The notes under the pieces are model-generated. The model was not told the origin of the DNA. It saw only the letters and a list, made by a program, of their open reading frames with translations, and ran no database searches. A stretch of DNA of 64,000 nt from Leptolyngbyaceae cyanobacterium (GTDB lineage Bacteria; Cyanobacteriota; Cyanobacteriia; Phormidesmidales; Phormidesmidaceae): assembly GCA_050331235.1 (NCBI GenBank), contig JBHJHA010000026.1:1-64000 (forward strand), written 5' to 3'. Each line of letters begins with the position of its first letter. Position 1 is the stretch's first letter. Of the stretch, positions 20,746 to 31,391 are shown piece by piece. The position numbers were made by a program, and so were the translations under genes.

Positions 20746-22143
20746 TCACAGCACCAGCGGGGTGAATTCAGTGCGGGTCCAGGTTTCCCGATGCCATTCT
20801 GCAATAAATGGTCGAATTACCCATTGGGGACGATCGCCTGGTCCACCGGAGGTCACATCAATTCGCACAAAGGAATAGGGCCAATGGGTTTCAGAGCCTG
20901 CACCGTGACGACCGATGTAGAGTTGGGACTTGGCAATGACTTGTGCATCCACTCCATTTTCCTCATAGACAGTCGTTTCAGGATGCTGCGATCGCAACCG
21001 CGCCCCTCTACCGCCACAGACAAGCCAGTTGATCAGGCGATCGCCGTGGGCGGGCTCCACCGTACGGAGATATTCAATACAGTGGGCATGGCCGCTCAGC
21101 ACCAAGTCGAGTAGCGGTCCTTGATCTGGATTATCCAGTCGCGCAGTCACCGCATCCAGCACCCAGCGCAGATGTCGCCGGACAGATAAACAGGCCTGCT
21201 CTTTGTACTTAGTCGCCTCAGTGATATAAGGCGGATGGTGCAAATACACAACCCGTGCCCGCACCTCGGGGGCTTGCCAAGAGGCCACCAGCCGATCCCT
21301 CAGCCAGATCAACTGCTGCCAGTCTAGTCCTTTAGGCAAGTGACGCCAGGGCTGCGAGGCCGCCAATACTTGCGCTCCGTCTACCTCCACTGGCCGGTTA
21401 AACGTGCTGGAGTCAAGGCCGAAAAAGTCAATGCTGCCATAGCGAAACTGGTAGTATCGATTGGGCAATCGGGTGAACTGTCCGGGCTGATAGCTCAGCG
21501 CCCGCCCAGTCTCGACTTGAGCTGTGTAGTGTTGGTCTAAATGCGCCTTGAGGTGAGCATGGGGAACGTCCCTGAGGTAATCCAAAAAGGCTCGGGCGTA
21601 GGTGTCCCCCGTGGCGGAGCCCCGCAAACTGACATTTTCCGTCACGGGCACTCGTAGATATCGTCGGAGGGGCTGTAGCGCTCGCACCAGGTGACCGTAG
21701 GGAAACGGCAAATTGTAGTAATCGTGGTTGCCCGGAACGGTTAAGAAGGGTTTGCGAAAGGTGAGATGGCGATAGCTGAGCCCTTGGGGGCGCTCGCTCC
21801 CCACTAACCAAGCGCAATAGGGATCAATAAAATTGGCGGGGTATTGATCGGGCGAACCCATCTGGTAGACCACATCGCCCGTGTGCAGGAGAAATCGGCA
21901 GTCAGCCATCTGCGTTGCCAGATAATCCGCAACCTCTTGTTGGGGATGCCCGAACGGCTGAGGACCAAATCCGCTATCGCCAATCACCAAAAAAGAAAAG
22001 GCTGACGACGACGCCAGCCCATCTGTAATTTCTAATCGCGTTTGATCGATGCCCTGATCAACCAGCGCCTTTGCGCCCCAGCGCACGCGCGATCGCATCT
22101 TCTGCACCTTCCGTGAAATCGATGGGTCTAGCAATAATCCCAT
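20746..22143 (-). CDS. Calcineurin-like metallophosphoesterase
   Basis: IGDSG, HTGDVVY, PGNHDYY, HHPPY, SGHAH; start at ATG 22143. Confidence 0.9.
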   Translation of the reverse strand: MGLLLDPSISRKVQKMRSRVRWGAKALVDQGIDQTRLEITDGLASSSAFSFLVIGDSGFGPQPFGHPQQEVADYLATQMADCRFLLHTGDVVYQMGSPDQYPANFIDPYCAWLVGSERPQGLSYRHLTFRKPFLTVPGNHDYYNLPFPYGHLVRALQPLRRYLRVPVTENVSLRGSATGDTYARAFLDYLRDVPHAHLKAHLDQHYTAQVETGRALSYQPGQFTRLPNRYYQFRYGSIDFFGLDSSTFNRPVEVDGAQVLAASQPWRHLPKGLDWQQLIWLRDRLVASWQAPEVRARVVYLHHPPYITEATKYKEQACLSVRRHLRWVLDAVTARLDNPDQGPLLDLVLSGHAHCIEYLRTVEPAHGDRLINWLVCGGRGARLRSQHPETTVYEENGVDAQVIAKSQLYIGRHGAGSETHWPYSFVRIDVTSGGPGDRPQWVIRPFIAEWHRETWTRTEFTPLVL

Positions 22144-22438
22144 GGTGATGTTCTGCACGACACATTTGCACTTTAACGGCTGCAACGAGCGATCGCCAAG
22201 GGTCTGCTCGGGTGTCTCAACACACCATAACTCTGTCTTTTGCCGATGCCCCGTAGCCCCCAAAGTGCTCGAGGGCTAGACAACAGACTTGACTGCCGTT
22301 TGACTCCATTGAGAACAGCCATAGCCGTGGCTGGCGGAGCTGCTAAACCAGATGCAGCAGGCCATAAACCCCTTTAGATCGACGGCCCCCAGCCCTGGGA
22401 GCGTGTCAGTACATCGACCGACGTTTAAGCGATCGCTA

Positions 22439-22444
22439 TATAAT
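22439..22444 (+). promoter_or_regulatory. Candidate -10 box (TATAAT) upstream of cobQ
   Basis: Perfect TATAAT about 135 nt before the cobQ ATG in a divergent intergenic region. Confidence 0.35.
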
Positions 22445-22579
22445 TCCGTCAATCCTTGGGTACTCTTACGTAAGCATTGGGCTTATTCGTTGTTGGTCAC
22501 AACGGTCATAATCGCATTGTTTGATTAGTCAAGCGCTCCTCGTCATGACACCCTCACCCTTAATTTCTCGGAGGTCCCC

Positions 22580-24070
22580 ATGAAAGCAATCATGGTGGTT
22601 GGCACTACGTCCCATGCTGGTAAATCTCTGATTTCCACCGCTCTGTGCCGCATCTTGAGTCGTCGAGGCTGGCGGGTTGCCCCCTTTAAGGGGCAGAATA
22701 TGGCGCTCAATGCCTATGTCACCAATGCCGGCGCTGAAATTGGCTATGCCCAGGCAGTACAGGCATGGGCGGCCAAGGTAGCTCCCGCCGCAGAGATGAA
22801 TCCGATTTTGCTCAAGCCCCAGGGGGACATGACCTCCCAAGTCGTGCTGCGCGGGCGCGCCGTCGGTCGCATCGCGGCAAAAGAATACTACGAAAAACTC
22901 TTTGATACCGGGTGGCAGGCGATTCAAGAGAGCTTGGCCCGTCTAGAACAGGAATTCGACTTTTTGGTGTGTGAGGGGGCTGGTAGCCCTGCCGAAATCA
23001 ATCTCAAGCATCGCGATCTGACCAACATGCGCGTCGCTAAACATCTCAATGCACCCACCGTGTTAGTTGCCGATATTGAGCGCGGTGGAGTGTTTGCGCA
23101 CATTGTTGGTACGTTGGAACTGCTCGATCCCGACGAGCGCGCCTTGGTCAAAGGCATCATCATCAACAAATTTCGCGGCCAACAGGAGATTTTACAGCCG
23201 GGGATTGATTGGCTACAAGAGCGCACTGGTGTGCCGGTGATTGGGGTTTTGCCCATGTTAAACCAAGCTTTTCCTGCAGAGGACTCCTTATCCCTGCTGG
23301 AACGCAGCGTCAAAAACTCGTCGGCAGCCCTCACGATCGCAGTCATCAAACTGCCCCATATTTCCAATTTCACTGACTTTGATCCACTAGAGTCGGAGGA
23401 GTCGGTTCGTGTGCGATATGTTGGTCTCAAAGAGGACCTGGGATATCCCGATGCTGTGATCTTGCCCGGCACCAAGACGACCATCGCCGATATGCTCGCC
23501 CTGCAGCGCTCTGGCATGGCTGAGGCGATTCAAAACTACATGCACGCTGGCGGCACTGTGCTGGGTATCTGTGGTGGCTTCCAAATGATGGGCGAATACC
23601 TAGCGGATCCTGAAGGTATCGAAGGGCCCGATGGTCGTTATAAGGGATTGCGCTTGGTCCCGATTCGCACGGTGATCACCACCCGCAAAATAGCCCGACA
23701 GCGCGATACCAGCTCCCAGTATCCTCAGATCGGCCTGCCCATTTCGGGGTATGAGCTGCACCAAGGGCGCACTCAACTAGTTCCACCTGAGGAAGCAGAA
23801 AGCGGTTCGTTGAAATTTGATTTTCTCTTTGAAGACAAGTCTTTGGGCATTGTCGATGCCCGACAAGCACTCTGGGGCACCTATCTTCACGGCTTGTTTG
23901 ACAATGGTCCTTGGCGACGCTCATGGCTCAACTGTTTGCGGCAGCAGCGGGGCTTGAGCTCCCTGCCAACGGGCGTTGCTAACTTCCGAGAGCAGCGGGA
24001 AATGATGTTGGACGGTCTAGCGGATGCGGTCGAAGCCCACCTAGATCTCGCTCCCCTTCTCAAGCCTTAG
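22580..24070 (+). CDS. cobQ: Cobyric acid synthase
   Basis: GTTSHAGKS, PFKGQNM, EGAGSPAEIN, GICGGFQ, GTYLHGLF. Confidence 0.97.
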   Translation: MKAIMVVGTTSHAGKSLISTALCRILSRRGWRVAPFKGQNMALNAYVTNAGAEIGYAQAVQAWAAKVAPAAEMNPILLKPQGDMTSQVVLRGRAVGRIAAKEYYEKLFDTGWQAIQESLARLEQEFDFLVCEGAGSPAEINLKHRDLTNMRVAKHLNAPTVLVADIERGGVFAHIVGTLELLDPDERALVKGIIINKFRGQQEILQPGIDWLQERTGVPVIGVLPMLNQAFPAEDSLSLLERSVKNSSAALTIAVIKLPHISNFTDFDPLESEESVRVRYVGLKEDLGYPDAVILPGTKTTIADMLALQRSGMAEAIQNYMHAGGTVLGICGGFQMMGEYLADPEGIEGPDGRYKGLRLVPIRTVITTRKIARQRDTSSQYPQIGLPISGYELHQGRTQLVPPEEAESGSLKFDFLFEDKSLGIVDARQALWGTYLHGLFDNGPWRRSWLNCLRQQRGLSSLPTGVANFREQREMMLDGLADAVEAHLDLAPLLKP

Positions 24071-25190
24071 GGGATGGACCGGCGGCTCCAGAAGACTGAA
24101 GACTGCCGTTGAAGGCCGCTGTCAAATAGCTGGCTGCTGCTTCCACTGCGGCGATCGCATTTTCATAAACCATACGGGTCGGGCCTAGCACACTGACGCT
24201 ACCCAGGGGGCGTGTATCTTTGCAGTAGGTCGACGAAACCAGCGCACAGCCCTGCATAGGCTCCAGCGGATTTTCTGATCCGATGAGCACCCGGACTCGC
24301 CGCTCAAAGTCTGCTTCAATGTCGGTCTCAAAGACCAGCGGCCATAGCTGAGCTTGCTCTTCTTCGAGGAGTTGCACAATGGCCTGCATCTGTTGAGCCT
24401 CAGAAAACTCCGGCTGGCGGAGCACCTCACCCAGCCCACTCATCACAAACTGGGTACTCTCTAAAGCCGTCTGGTTGCGCTTGGCGAGTAGCGAGATCGC
24501 CTCCGTCAGAGCATCACCATAACGCTGAAATTCGCGATTGAGTTCGCCCCAATTCAGTTCTGAGATTTTGTGCAACGAGCAGCCGACTAAATGACTAGCT
24601 AGGAAGTTTGAGAGGATTTTGGTTTCTCGCTCCAGAGCATCCAGTTGATGGGTGGAGGCCTCGGTTTCACTAGCAGGCAGCTGGATGACCATAGATTGAG
24701 TCTCAAGGGAATCGAGCACCACCGACAGCAATAGTTGCCCTGGATTCAGCAAAACTAGCTGGACATGGCGAATCGTGATGTCGCGCGGTTGGGGAACGGT
24801 AATGAGTGTCAAATAGCCGCTAACCGCCGATAAAATTTGAGCAGCGCCCCGCAGTAGTGCCTCTAGACTCCAGCCATCCCATCGCAAAGTCGTCGATAGT
24901 TGGCTATCGACGACTTGAGCCATCCCCCGACAGGGATGAATCAGCGTATCAACATATAATCGATAGCCAAAATCCGACGGCACACGGCCCGCCGACGTGT
25001 AAGGCTGAAAGAGCAAACCAGCTTTTTCTAAAACTCCCATTGCATGGCGCACAGTGGCTGGACTCACATCCAAACCGTATTCTCGCACTAGCACCTTAGA
25101 GCCCACCGGCTCAGCAGTCGTCACATATTGGCGCACTGTGGCCCAAAGAACCTGCTGCTGACGCGCATTGAGAGTGACAGGGTCTAGCAT
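24060..25190 (-). CDS. hrcA: Heat-inducible transcription repressor HrcA
   Basis: YVTTAEPVGSK, SPATVR, QPYTSAGRVPSD.GYR, IGSEN, LGPTRM.Y. Confidence 0.95.
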   Translation of the reverse strand: MLDPVTLNARQQQVLWATVRQYVTTAEPVGSKVLVREYGLDVSPATVRHAMGVLEKAGLLFQPYTSAGRVPSDFGYRLYVDTLIHPCRGMAQVVDSQLSTTLRWDGWSLEALLRGAAQILSAVSGYLTLITVPQPRDITIRHVQLVLLNPGQLLLSVVLDSLETQSMVIQLPASETEASTHQLDALERETKILSNFLASHLVGCSLHKISELNWGELNREFQRYGDALTEAISLLAKRNQTALESTQFVMSGLGEVLRQPEFSEAQQMQAIVQLLEEEQAQLWPLVFETDIEADFERRVRVLIGSENPLEPMQGCALVSSTYCKDTRPLGSVSVLGPTRMVYENAIAAVEAAASYLTAAFNGSLQSSGAAGPSPKA

Positions 25191-25268
25191 GCAGCAACTG
25201 AGGGGGCTTACAAAAGGTTAAATCTTGGCTTCAACCTTAGCAGATCGATTCCTTCTTTGTGAAAGGTC

Positions 25269-25294
25269 ACCGCCTCGGCTCAACTCGAGGCGGT
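25269..25294 (-). terminator. Hairpin between the ferredoxin gene and hrcA
   Basis: ACCGCCTCG-N8-CGAGGCGGT 9-bp stem; weak U tract. Confidence 0.35.
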
Positions 25295-25362
25295 TGATAT
25301 CTTGCCGCATCCCTTAATAGACCAAGGCTTGACATCGCTAAACCTCGGCACTGCGATCAAGC

Positions 25363-25848
25363 CTAGGCTTGGGATGACTGAGAAAAATATTCGCCAACTT
25401 TGAAGGTATCCGTGTCTTCCAGCTGCTTCATCATCGAACGGGTAATTAGCTTACCTTCTTCTACCAATACGGCACCGGTGATTGGGTGCAAAAGATTTGA
25501 CTCAGCTCGGCGGCCAATCAGAGCTTCAATATCCTGCAACGAGTTGACATACATACCTGGGGGGAGTTCAACGACGACCCCCTCACCTTGAACTCGAGCT
25601 TGACAGGCCAATCGGGAATTGGGCTTACAAGAGGTGATTACCTCCAGCGTCCGCTGCTCGCGTCGATTAACCGGTGTCAATGCCTCAGATCCCTCTTTGA
25701 CATAGATGTGACAGGTTGCACACATGCCCCGACCGCCGCATTCCTTCAATACGTCTAAATCTTTGTTGAGCAATACGGAGAGCAAATTGCCATTGGTCTC
25801 AATCGAACTCTCTTGGGCGATCGGTTCTAACCGGACGGTCTTAGCCAT
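25363..25848 (-). CDS. 2Fe-2S ferredoxin with C-terminal extension (Synechocystis Slr0148-like)
   Basis: ECGGRGMCATCH...SRLACQ; tail LIGRRAE..L.HP..G.VLVEEGKLITRS; start ATG 25848. Confidence 0.88.
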   Translation of the reverse strand: MAKTVRLEPIAQESSIETNGNLLSVLLNKDLDVLKECGGRGMCATCHIYVKEGSEALTPVNRREQRTLEVITSCKPNSRLACQARVQGEGVVVELPPGMYVNSLQDIEALIGRRAESNLLHPITGAVLVEEGKLITRSMMKQLEDTDTFKVGEYFSQSSQA

Positions 25849-25974
25849 GGTGGATTTAGTCTCCAAAAAAAGGGGAGCGAGCAATCATTTGAAGGGGCAT
25901 CACGCCGATGCCTCAGAAGCCTGAATTGAGTAGAGATGCTGACAGGTTGACCGAGGCCGCTCGGATCTGCTCCA

Positions 25975-26808
25975 TTACTTGTCTGGAAGCAGCTGGAAGA
26001 GTTGTGTTTGCTCCGAGGTAAGACTCGCATCGATTACCATCTCTCGATAATCACGGATGATCATCGAGCAGCGTTTGACAAATGCATGGACCCATTGATT
26101 AATCAATGAATGAATGTCGTCGTCGACGGGCATTGCTGCAGTCACTTGGCTCTCTGTACTCAAACTAAAGTGGCCGCTGCGATCAACTTGAAGAATCTTT
26201 AAGTCCACCGACTGGGGACAAGTATTTCTCCAGGTATTCGCTACTACAATCTTGCCCAAATATCGCGCCGTAGCATCAGTCAGCGCATTCAATGTGATGA
26301 GATATATTTCCCATTGCTTCTGATCGCTAGCCGCGATCGAAGATTGGAGCGCTGAGGCTTCTGGGCTAGCAGATGTTGTTAGCGACTCTGGGGGGGCCGG
26401 CTCGGGGGCTGGGGACTCGTTGGGGTGATTAAGAGTGGTGCTCCCGGCAAGCAACCGAAAGGTCGATACCGCACTGTGGGGATCGCTCTCCAAAGTTTCT
26501 TTGAGCCGATTCACAGTATCGTTGTAAACTATGGTGTCTAGCTGACTGTTAGTCACGACGAGCAAAATCACTCCGGTGCTCAATTTGTAAATCCAGGCAT
26601 CTTTTTGAGCAAAGCGAAAGTCAAATGATTCGAAGCCTGGCGGAGTCGTACTGATAACTTGTTGAATGCCTTGGGTGAGCGCTTCTTTTTGCTGAAAGTT
26701 GAGTGAGCGATCGATGCCCGAAAAATAGGGGCGAGAATGACCGTCTATCAAGCCAAGCCCTACGATGCCCGGTAGATTTAAGAAGTTCAATATCACCTGC
26801 TGTTTCAT
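25975..26808 (-). CDS. Conserved-looking hypothetical protein (roadblock/longin-like N-domain suspected)
   Basis: Long ORF co-oriented with the ferredoxin; FLNLPGIVGLGLIDG start, Pro-rich linker, second domain LGKIVVANTWR. Confidence 0.75.
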   Translation of the reverse strand: MKQQVILNFLNLPGIVGLGLIDGHSRPYFSGIDRSLNFQQKEALTQGIQQVISTTPPGFESFDFRFAQKDAWIYKLSTGVILLVVTNSQLDTIVYNDTVNRLKETLESDPHSAVSTFRLLAGSTTLNHPNESPAPEPAPPESLTTSASPEASALQSSIAASDQKQWEIYLITLNALTDATARYLGKIVVANTWRNTCPQSVDLKILQVDRSGHFSLSTESQVTAAMPVDDDIHSLINQWVHAFVKRCSMIIRDYREMVIDASLTSEQTQLFQLLPDK

Positions 26809-27024
26809 AAAAATTAGGATTTTTCTATAGGTAGAGCATCAAGAATTCCCAGTAAGCGAGTAATCTAGGGATTGCAGTTGATCCCCATATTGTTTCTACT
26901 CATTCGTCGTTCCGGAACTGGAAACAAAAATTCAGGAAGATTAGCTGGTGGGTGGCCTTCAAGAGATACCGACAACCGAGGTTGTTGAATTGTATGTTTC
27001 ATTCGATTCTTTGGATAGATTTTT

Positions 27025-28044
27025 ATGTCTTCTGATCTTCCGTTTACTTTGGATCAGTTGCGCATTCTTAAAGCGATCGCAACTGAAGGCAGTTTTAAGC
27101 GGGCTGCCGACAGCCTTTATGTTTCCCAGCCAGCCGTTAGCCTTCAAGTGCAAAATCTCGAGCGCCAGCTCAATGTGCCACTGTTCGACCGGGGGGGGCG
27201 ACGCGCCCAACTGACTGAAGCGGGTCACTTGCTTTTAGAATATGGCGATCGCATCCTCAGTCTCTGTCAGGAAACCTGCCGCGCCGTTGAGGATCTGCAA
27301 AACTTGCAGGGAGGTACCTTAATTGTAGGGGCGAGCCAAACCACTGGGACCTACTTACTCCCGCGGATGATTGGTTTGTTTCGGCAGCGCTATCCCGAAG
27401 TTGCTGTGCAGCTACATGTGCATTCCACGCGACGCACTTCTTGGAGTGTCGCTAACGGCCAGGTCGATCTCGCCATCATTGGGGGAGAAGTTCCCACCGA
27501 GCTGCAGGACGCTCTCAAAATCATCCCCTACGCCGAAGATGAACTGGCATTGATCATGCCAGTTTTTCATCCGCTTGCCAATTCTGAAATTATTCGCCGC
27601 GACGATTTATATCAGCTCAAATTTATCGCGCTGGACTCCCAATCAACCATTCGCAAGGTCATCGACCAGGTCTTGACGCGCTGCGGTATCGAGACTAGTA
27701 GTCTACACATTGAGATGGAGCTGAACTCCATTGAGGCTATTAAGAATGCGGTCCAGGCTGGCTTGGGGGTAGCCTTCGTATCCATTTCGGCGATTGAAAA
27801 AGAGCTGCAAATGGGCATGTTGCATAGAGGTCGCATTGAAACGGTAGTGGTCAATCGAACACTATCGGTCATTGTGAATCCCAATCGATACCGTTCCAAA
27901 GCCGCAGAAGCCTTTACCGAGGAAATTTTGCCTCAGTTTACCAATCGCTCTCTAGACTTGAGTCATGGGTCGGCAGAGCAAAATGGTCAAACCCCTTCTT
28001 TACAAACGCTACCCGAAACTAACGGAAAAGCTTCGGTAGAGTGA
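27025..28044 (+). CDS. rbcR: LysR family regulator RbcR/Ycf30
   Basis: [35 protein letters not shown], typical of Ycf30/RbcR. Confidence 0.9.
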   Translation: MSSDLPFTLDQLRILKAIATEGSFKRAADSLYVSQPAVSLQVQNLERQLNVPLFDRGGRRAQLTEAGHLLLEYGDRILSLCQETCRAVEDLQNLQGGTLIVGASQTTGTYLLPRMIGLFRQRYPEVAVQLHVHSTRRTSWSVANGQVDLAIIGGEVPTELQDALKIIPYAEDELALIMPVFHPLANSEIIRRDDLYQLKFIALDSQSTIRKVIDQVLTRCGIETSSLHIEMELNSIEAIKNAVQAGLGVAFVSISAIEKELQMGMLHRGRIETVVVNRTLSVIVNPNRYRSKAAEAFTEEILPQFTNRSLDLSHGSAEQNGQTPSLQTLPETNGKASVE

Positions 28045-28118
28045 GGCATCGATCTGTCATGTATGGACGAGGGCTTCCTTAATCTGCTAACTCTGCTCGC
28101 CAGCACAACTCAGCACCT

Positions 28119-29660
28119 ATGGAGATTGTCTGTACCCGTCCAACCTGTCCACGCCCTGCCAACCAATTTGCCGATCTGGAAAACCCTGGCACGCTGACCA
28201 CGGTGCAGCAAAAGTTTTGTACGGCTTGTGGGATGCCGCTCATTTTGAGTGGACGCTACTTGACTGAAAAGCTTCTGGGCAAAGGGGGCTTTGGGGCCGC
28301 TTATTTGGCCCGCGATCGCTACACCCCCAACCTCCGGGCCTGTGTCGTTAAGCTGTTTCAGCCTTCTGGCGATTTGAGTCCTGACCAAATGCAGTTGGCC
28401 CAGACCTTGTTTCAGCGCGAGGCGGCGGTCTTAGAAGAGTTGGGCAATCAGCATCCACAAATTCCAGACCTTTATGCCTTTTTTCCGCTGATTGTGCCTG
28501 GCTTAAAGCCTGGCGTTCAAGAGGAATATTTCTATCTGGTCCAAGAATTTATCGATGGCGAAGACCTTGAGCAAGTCCTCGCGCGCCAGGGCCCATTACC
28601 AGTTTCGGAAGTTATCGAAGTATTGGTCTCGATGTTAAAAGTGCTGGATTTTGTCCATGCCAATGGGACGATTCATCGAGATATCAAACCGTCTAACATC
28701 ATGCGGCATTGTAACAGCCGGCTGTATTTGCTAGATTTTGGTGCGGTCAAGCAAGTTACTGCTGTCCAAGGCAAAGCCAGCGGTCGCTCAACGGGCATTT
28801 ACTCCATTGGCTATGCGCCCCCGGAGCAGATGGCCGGCGGCGCGGTGTATCCTTCCACTGATTTGTATGCTCTGGCGGTCACCTGCCTGACTTTGCTCAC
28901 AGGCAAAGAAGCTAACGAGTTGTATGACTCATACAACAACACGTGGGATTGGCACCCTCATGCACCGATGAATCCGACGATCGCTAGCGTATTAGATCGC
29001 ATGCTGTTGCCCTCTCCTCATCAGCGATACGACACTGCCAAGGATGTCTTAGCGGCGCTGCGCCAAGCGGCCTCGGGTTCATCCACCCAGACGACTCCAG
29101 CCCATCAGTCGGCGACACCGAGCCCCGCGACGACTACGATGCAACCGCCACCGGCCAACCGTCCGGCCCCACCCCACCCCCAACCACCGCCGCCATTGCC
29201 CAACATTACCCCACCCCCAGCCCGTCCTAAGCCTGTGAAAGCGGGAGCCCAAGCGCCAGCGCCGCCATCAACTCCCACTACCCAAACGGCCATGTCGTCC
29301 TTTCCACTTCTGGAGTTTTGGGGGCTGGCGGCATTTACCGGGGTGGAAGGGGGGCTCCTGGCGATCGCCCTAGCGAGCTTGCTGGGCACTACTTGGTTGG
29401 GCAGTGGAGCTTGGCTGTTACTGCTAGCCGGGTTAATTTTGCTCCAAGCCCGCCGCATTATCGAACGGCTTGACTTGGTCATCATTGCCGCCGTTACGCT
29501 GGGGGTTGTCTTGCTATTTCCACCCTTGCAGAGTATTTTGACGGCGACTGCTGCCCCCCGCATTACGGTGGTCGTCTTGGCGCTGATGGCGGGGTTAATC
29601 GCGATCGCCATTGGCACTCTATTTCGCCTGATTTACCGTCTCCTTTCCACGTTTATGTAG
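28119..29660 (+). CDS. Ser/Thr protein kinase with 4-Cys N-terminal prefix and multi-TM C-terminus
   Basis: CTRPTC...FCTACG; GKGGFG, VVK, HRDIKPSN, DFG, YAPPEQ all intact; Pro-rich linker; about 4 TM. Confidence 0.93.
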   Translation: MEIVCTRPTCPRPANQFADLENPGTLTTVQQKFCTACGMPLILSGRYLTEKLLGKGGFGAAYLARDRYTPNLRACVVKLFQPSGDLSPDQMQLAQTLFQREAAVLEELGNQHPQIPDLYAFFPLIVPGLKPGVQEEYFYLVQEFIDGEDLEQVLARQGPLPVSEVIEVLVSMLKVLDFVHANGTIHRDIKPSNIMRHCNSRLYLLDFGAVKQVTAVQGKASGRSTGIYSIGYAPPEQMAGGAVYPSTDLYALAVTCLTLLTGKEANELYDSYNNTWDWHPHAPMNPTIASVLDRMLLPSPHQRYDTAKDVLAALRQAASGSSTQTTPAHQSATPSPATTTMQPPPANRPAPPHPQPPPPLPNITPPPARPKPVKAGAQAPAPPSTPTTQTAMSSFPLLEFWGLAAFTGVEGGLLAIALASLLGTTWLGSGAWLLLLAGLILLQARRIIERLDLVIIAAVTLGVVLLFPPLQSILTATAAPRITVVVLALMAGLIAIAIGTLFRLIYRLLSTFM

Positions 29661-29776
29661 TAGACCTCACCACTGCAGCCTAAATCCCGAAATCAGCAGT
29701 TCAGTCGCTCACCGCAAGGTGCATTTGCCCGTTTTATGTGTCATCTTGCGACATCGTTGCCTTCAGAGAATCCACC

Positions 29777-30862
29777 ATGAGCAGCCAAAAAAACGAAACC
29801 CCTATTTTGATTGCCGCCTTTCTGATCACCGCTAGTCTGCTGGGTGGGGGCTATTGGTGGCTCAGTCGCAGCGGGACTTTGAGCTTGGGTAATTTACCTG
29901 GGGTGGGTGGCGGCAATCCAACAGCGCCCACGACTGGCGGCAACTCAGCTCCCAATGCCCCCGTCAATGCCTCTTCTGGCAGTCAGGGGGATGGGTTTAC
30001 GTCGGTTCAGGCCCCGTCAGGACTCTTTAGCTACGGCGGTAGCACTACGTGGGCTCCGGTTAGGGGCATTGTCGATCCGGTGATCCAACAATCGGTCCCG
30101 GCCTTTCAGCTGCGATATACCAATCCCATTGGGGCGCCCCCCGGCTCGGGCACGGGGATTGATATGTTACTCAGCAATCAGCTTTCGTTTTCACAGTCAT
30201 CGCGATCACTCAAGCCCGAAGAACGTCAAGTGGCTCAACAGCAAGGCTACAGCCTGAAAGAAATTCCTGTTGCGCTAGAGGGAATTGCCATCGCGGTGAA
30301 CCCGAATCTCCCAGTGGAGGGCATTACCTTGACCCAACTGCGCGACATCTACTTGGGCAATATTGCTAACTGGAGCCAAGTTGGGGGGCCAAACCTGCCC
30401 ATTGTGACAATTTCTCGTCCGCTAGAGGGGGGCACGGTCGAGTTCTTTATCGATACGGTACTGGGCGGCTCCAACTTACCGGGTAGCACCACCATCGCCA
30501 ATACCACGACAGAGGCCTTACGGCTGGTTGACAGTACTCCAGGCGCGATTTATTACGCCTCTGCACCAGAGGTCGTGGGCCAGTGTACCGTGAAGCCTAT
30601 CGCGGTGGGTCGTCAGTCTGACCAATTGGTAAAGCCCTATGTCGAACCCTATGTCCCGCCAGAAAGTTGCCCGGCCCAACGCAATCAAATTGATGGAGAC
30701 GCCTTGCAGAGCGGCAACTATCCGCTGACCCGACGGCTCTTTGTCATTGTTCGTGAAGATGGAACCCCCGATCAGCAAGCCGGGGAGGCCTATGCTAATT
30801 TGCTCTTAACGCAAGAGGGACAGCAGCTACTGGGTGAAGCTGGATTCGTCGCGATCCGCTAG
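29777..30862 (+). CDS. PstS-like (PBP domain) substrate-binding protein, membrane anchored
   Basis: YGGSTTW, GSGTGI, SQSSR, IYLG.I.NW..VGG, YPLTRRLFV; N-terminal TM. Confidence 0.88.
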   Translation: MSSQKNETPILIAAFLITASLLGGGYWWLSRSGTLSLGNLPGVGGGNPTAPTTGGNSAPNAPVNASSGSQGDGFTSVQAPSGLFSYGGSTTWAPVRGIVDPVIQQSVPAFQLRYTNPIGAPPGSGTGIDMLLSNQLSFSQSSRSLKPEERQVAQQQGYSLKEIPVALEGIAIAVNPNLPVEGITLTQLRDIYLGNIANWSQVGGPNLPIVTISRPLEGGTVEFFIDTVLGGSNLPGSTTIANTTTEALRLVDSTPGAIYYASAPEVVGQCTVKPIAVGRQSDQLVKPYVEPYVPPESCPAQRNQIDGDALQSGNYPLTRRLFVIVREDGTPDQQAGEAYANLLLTQEGQQLLGEAGFVAIR

Positions 30863-31391
30863 CTGCTGCGGCGTGGCGATCGCCGCTAATGGCCGGCACC
30901 CCATCATCGGGAAATCGCACCCAGAAGAGCCTCTCACGGGTGGTGTCAACTGAGTCTGAACCGCGATCGCACCTCCTTGACTATCCTCCTAAATGGAGGC
31001 AATGCTGTTGGCCTTGACTGGGACAGTTGGCAGCTTGATAGAGGAACAGTTCTTTAACCAACACAAGGAATCGTGCTGCCGAATTCATAACCGTTACGAC
31101 CGAGTTGGGACGCATTGGGCGATGTTACAGCGCTAAAAACGGGCTTTCCTGCTGTTTGAACGCGGCAACTTTTTACCCGCGACAGTTTCGTCCTTGGAAA
31201 CCTGGCTCGATTGGTCAAGCCTCATGACCGTATGACCGCCTTGGCTGGGCAACGTAGTCATTGCAGTCGCTGGTGAAGCGTTGCAATCATTCTCACATCA
31301 ACGACCACAGCGTCCAGACAATACTGCTGAGGATAATTAAGAGGGTTAGCCCTAGTACCCCGTAGACTCCTGTTTGAAACGCCATCAAATC

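Noticed and set aside
22264..22579. Cobalamin riboswitch before cobQ
   Set aside because: No B12-box or conserved core recognisable
24060..24070. Convergent cobQ/hrcA 3' overlap
   Set aside because: Short tail-to-tail overlaps are common; no functional signal
25191..25362. CIRCE operator upstream of hrcA
   Set aside because: No TTAGCACTC-N9-GAGTGCTAA; only an unrelated hairpin
30863..31391. Possible ncRNA in a 530-bp gap between convergent genes
   Set aside because: No recognisable motif, strong structure or ORF
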